From assembly GCA_964540715.1 (NCBI GenBank), contig CAZINZ010000003.1, positions 6,751-70,750 on the forward strand: a stretch of DNA of 64,000 bases, written 5' to 3'. Positions 62,350-64,000 of this stretch are shown piece after piece; within the stretch, counting starts at the first letter, position 1, and each line of letters starts with the position of its first letter. A program made the translations under genes and the position numbers. The notes below the pieces were generated by a model, which was given only the letters and a program-made list of their open reading frames with translations, was not told the DNA's origin and did not search any database. The DNA comes from an uncultured Syntrophaceae bacterium (lineage in GTDB: Bacteria > Desulfobacterota > Syntrophia > Syntrophales > UBA2210).

Positions 62350-63813
62350 TTATTCACCTCCTCCAATCTGCGGAACAGCCTTCCAGAAGTATCCCGTAAA
62401 GCCTCTCTCTTTATCGTAATTTCTCTTTCTGAAAGACATCTTCGCCGGCATACCCACCTTTACCTGATCGAGACTGCAATCGGTAAAGTCGACAAAGGCC
62501 TTGCCGCCACCTTCAAATTCGACCAAACCGTATATTGCGGGTGGATCCACCGATGCTGAAAGCATGTCGCCAGTGTACATACCTACTTTACAGCCCACAT
62601 TGGAGAATTCGTAGTCTTCGAAATCATGGGATGACCAGCAGTCGGGATTCACGCACACAGGCATCGTAGGAAATTGAGGCGTGCCGCATTTGTTGCATTT
62701 TGAACCGACCATGCCGAGCACCATCTTGCGGTCTCTCCACAGGGCCGTCAGTGACGTGTTCACAGATTGCTCGCCTCTTATTCCCAGATCGGCTATTATC
62801 AGGTCTCTGAACTTGGTGAACTTCTGATAACTGGACAGCTCAACCCTGTTTGCAAGCGACCCCTTAATACCCACCGGAGCCTTGTAGTCTTTAATCTTGT
62901 CGGTCACTTCGAATGCCAGGACATCACACCCCTGACCAAAACTGGCGACCAGTATCTTGTCTCCCGGCTTCGCTCCTTCCAGTGCCGTAACCAACATAAC
63001 AAAGGGATGCGCCGTTCCGGTATCACCGCATACGTTATGCATATTATCCTGCACTTTTTCAGCATCAACACCCAGTTTCTTCGCGATATCGCGATGGGTC
63101 CTACTGAAATAACAGGGATATACCACCTTGTCGAATTCCTCGATCTTCATTCCTGTCTTTTTCAGGAAACCGGCGACTGCCTGAGGAATAATTTTCCCGT
63201 ATCCCTCATCTCTCATCCACCGCTCTTCCCAGCCATAATCAAAGGTCTTGCCCTGGCCTCTGTAATGATCTACAAAGTCGCAGTTTACCGAATAGCTCCC
63301 CTTGAATTCCGCTATCACATCATCCTTGCCAAACAGAAGAGCCGCCGCGCCATCACCGTAAAACATTTCAAACATGGTGGCCATTTTCGTTGTACGCAGA
63401 TCGGTCGCAGTAACGAGAACGCTGTCTTTGTTCCCCGACTCGATAGCATCCAGAGCCGAGAGGGCAGCCGTTGTTGCCGACTTTGTACAGGAAGTGAAAT
63501 CGGCGTTTGTCACATCCTCTTCTCTCATGTTAAGTGCCGCGGCAACGATACCCGAATTAAGTCTGTCCGCAAAGGGCAGTGTTGTTGACGCAAGATACAG
63601 GGCGTCAAGCGCCTTTCTGTCCTTGTTCGTCATACAATCACGAGCTGCCGCAACCGCCATACTGACGGCGTCTTCGTCCCAGTTGGCCACCGATTTTTCC
63701 CCACCGGCAACTGCCATAATGACGGGAAAATACCAGGCCATGTTCTGGACGACAACCATCCTGCTGAGCCTGTAGCGAGGGATATACCCCCCATAGGATG
63801 TAATGCCTACCAT
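62350..63813 (-). CDS. HMG-CoA synthase-like (thiolase-fold) domain fused to a C-terminal DUF35 OB-fold/zinc-ribbon domain
   Basis: The start is at MVGITSYGGYIPRYRL, preceded by GGAGAGGAGG. The N-domain has GGEKSVANWDEDAVSMA and FTSCTKSAT. The C-domain has GSKCNKCGTPQFPTMPVCVNPDC...GLVEFEGGGKAFVDF...VKVGMPAKMSFRK, which is typical DUF35. Confidence 0.8.
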   Translation of the reverse strand: MVGITSYGGYIPRYRLSRMVVVQNMAWYFPVIMAVAGGEKSVANWDEDAVSMAVAAARDCMTNKDRKALDALYLASTTLPFADRLNSGIVAAALNMREEDVTNADFTSCTKSATTAALSALDAIESGNKDSVLVTATDLRTTKMATMFEMFYGDGAAALLFGKDDVIAEFKGSYSVNCDFVDHYRGQGKTFDYGWEERWMRDEGYGKIIPQAVAGFLKKTGMKIEEFDKVVYPCYFSRTHRDIAKKLGVDAEKVQDNMHNVCGDTGTAHPFVMLVTALEGAKPGDKILVASFGQGCDVLAFEVTDKIKDYKAPVGIKGSLANRVELSSYQKFTKFRDLIIADLGIRGEQSVNTSLTALWRDRKMVLGMVGSKCNKCGTPQFPTMPVCVNPDCWSSHDFEDYEFSNVGCKVGMYTGDMLSASVDPPAIYGLVEFEGGGKAFVDFTDCSLDQVKVGMPAKMSFRKRNYDKERGFTGYFWKAVPQIGGGE

Positions 63814-64000
63814 ACTAAATCCTCCTCTCCTGTTTTTAGTTTCTGTTTCTAAAAAAAATTCATTTCTGGATGAACGCCAATTAAAACATGCACCCGCACC
63901 TTGAAGTGGAACAGACTCACCCCGGATATCCAATGATCCTCCTGCAAGTCTCCACAATCATCTATTGCTGAAAAACAAGTGTGTTATACAAAATCGAGGA

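Overview
This 64-kb bacterial window has gene content that suggests an anaerobic Desulfobacterota/Syntrophia-like organism; that is inference only. I recognised no rRNA, CRISPR array, transposase or integrase. (1) 0.1-5.1 kb, minus strand: an iron-uptake operon (dtxR-family repressor, feoA, feoA, feoB, porin-like gene) with three similar ATTAG-N6-CTAAC boxes. (2) 5.4-8.1 kb: three paralogous ~220-nt intergenic elements, each separated from the next by one minus-strand gene (DUF4125-like, PAS-GGDEF). (3) 8.4-12 kb: glycolytic genes (class I aldolase, gpmA), a DUF5320 protein, and an AhpD/CMD-like gene bracketed by two copies of a ~110-bp MITE-like element. (4) 12.2-17.4 kb: a visibly AT-rich block (map, AcoX-like ATP-NAD kinase family gene, HisC-like aminotransferase). 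It is split by a 2.17-kb mosaic insert of whole and broken genes flanked by 141-bp direct repeats. (5) 17.6-20.5 kb: an AlbA_2/Schlafen-type ATPase-wHTH protein and an orphan radical SAM/SPASM enzyme. (6) 20.8-36 kb: housekeeping genes (fused MetF-MetV-type MTHFR, RNase G/E, tsaC, murJ, CBS-ACT, hrpA, LysM amidase, tRNA-Arg(CCG), DEAD-box helicase), with unusual heptamer-periodic intergenic repeats. (7) 36-64 kb, all minus strand: a very large beta-oxidation-like supercluster that runs off the window. It holds 5 acyl-CoA dehydrogenases, 3 crotonases, 3 AMP-ligases, an AMACR-like enzyme, TetR, an MFE-2-type SDR, a split hydratase-2, an SCPx-type thiolase and an HMG-CoA-synthase-like::DUF35 fusion. 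Embedded in it is an FNR-[2Fe-2S] reductase + CrtI/RetSat-like flavoprotein + NMO/FabK-like module. The best candidates for something undescribed are the three-copy structured intergenic element, the reductase/CrtI-like/NMO module, and the thiolase/HMGCS-like::DUF35 unit in a branched-chain (peroxisome-like) beta-oxidation context. All family calls come from reading the translated ORFs by eye; no database search was run.
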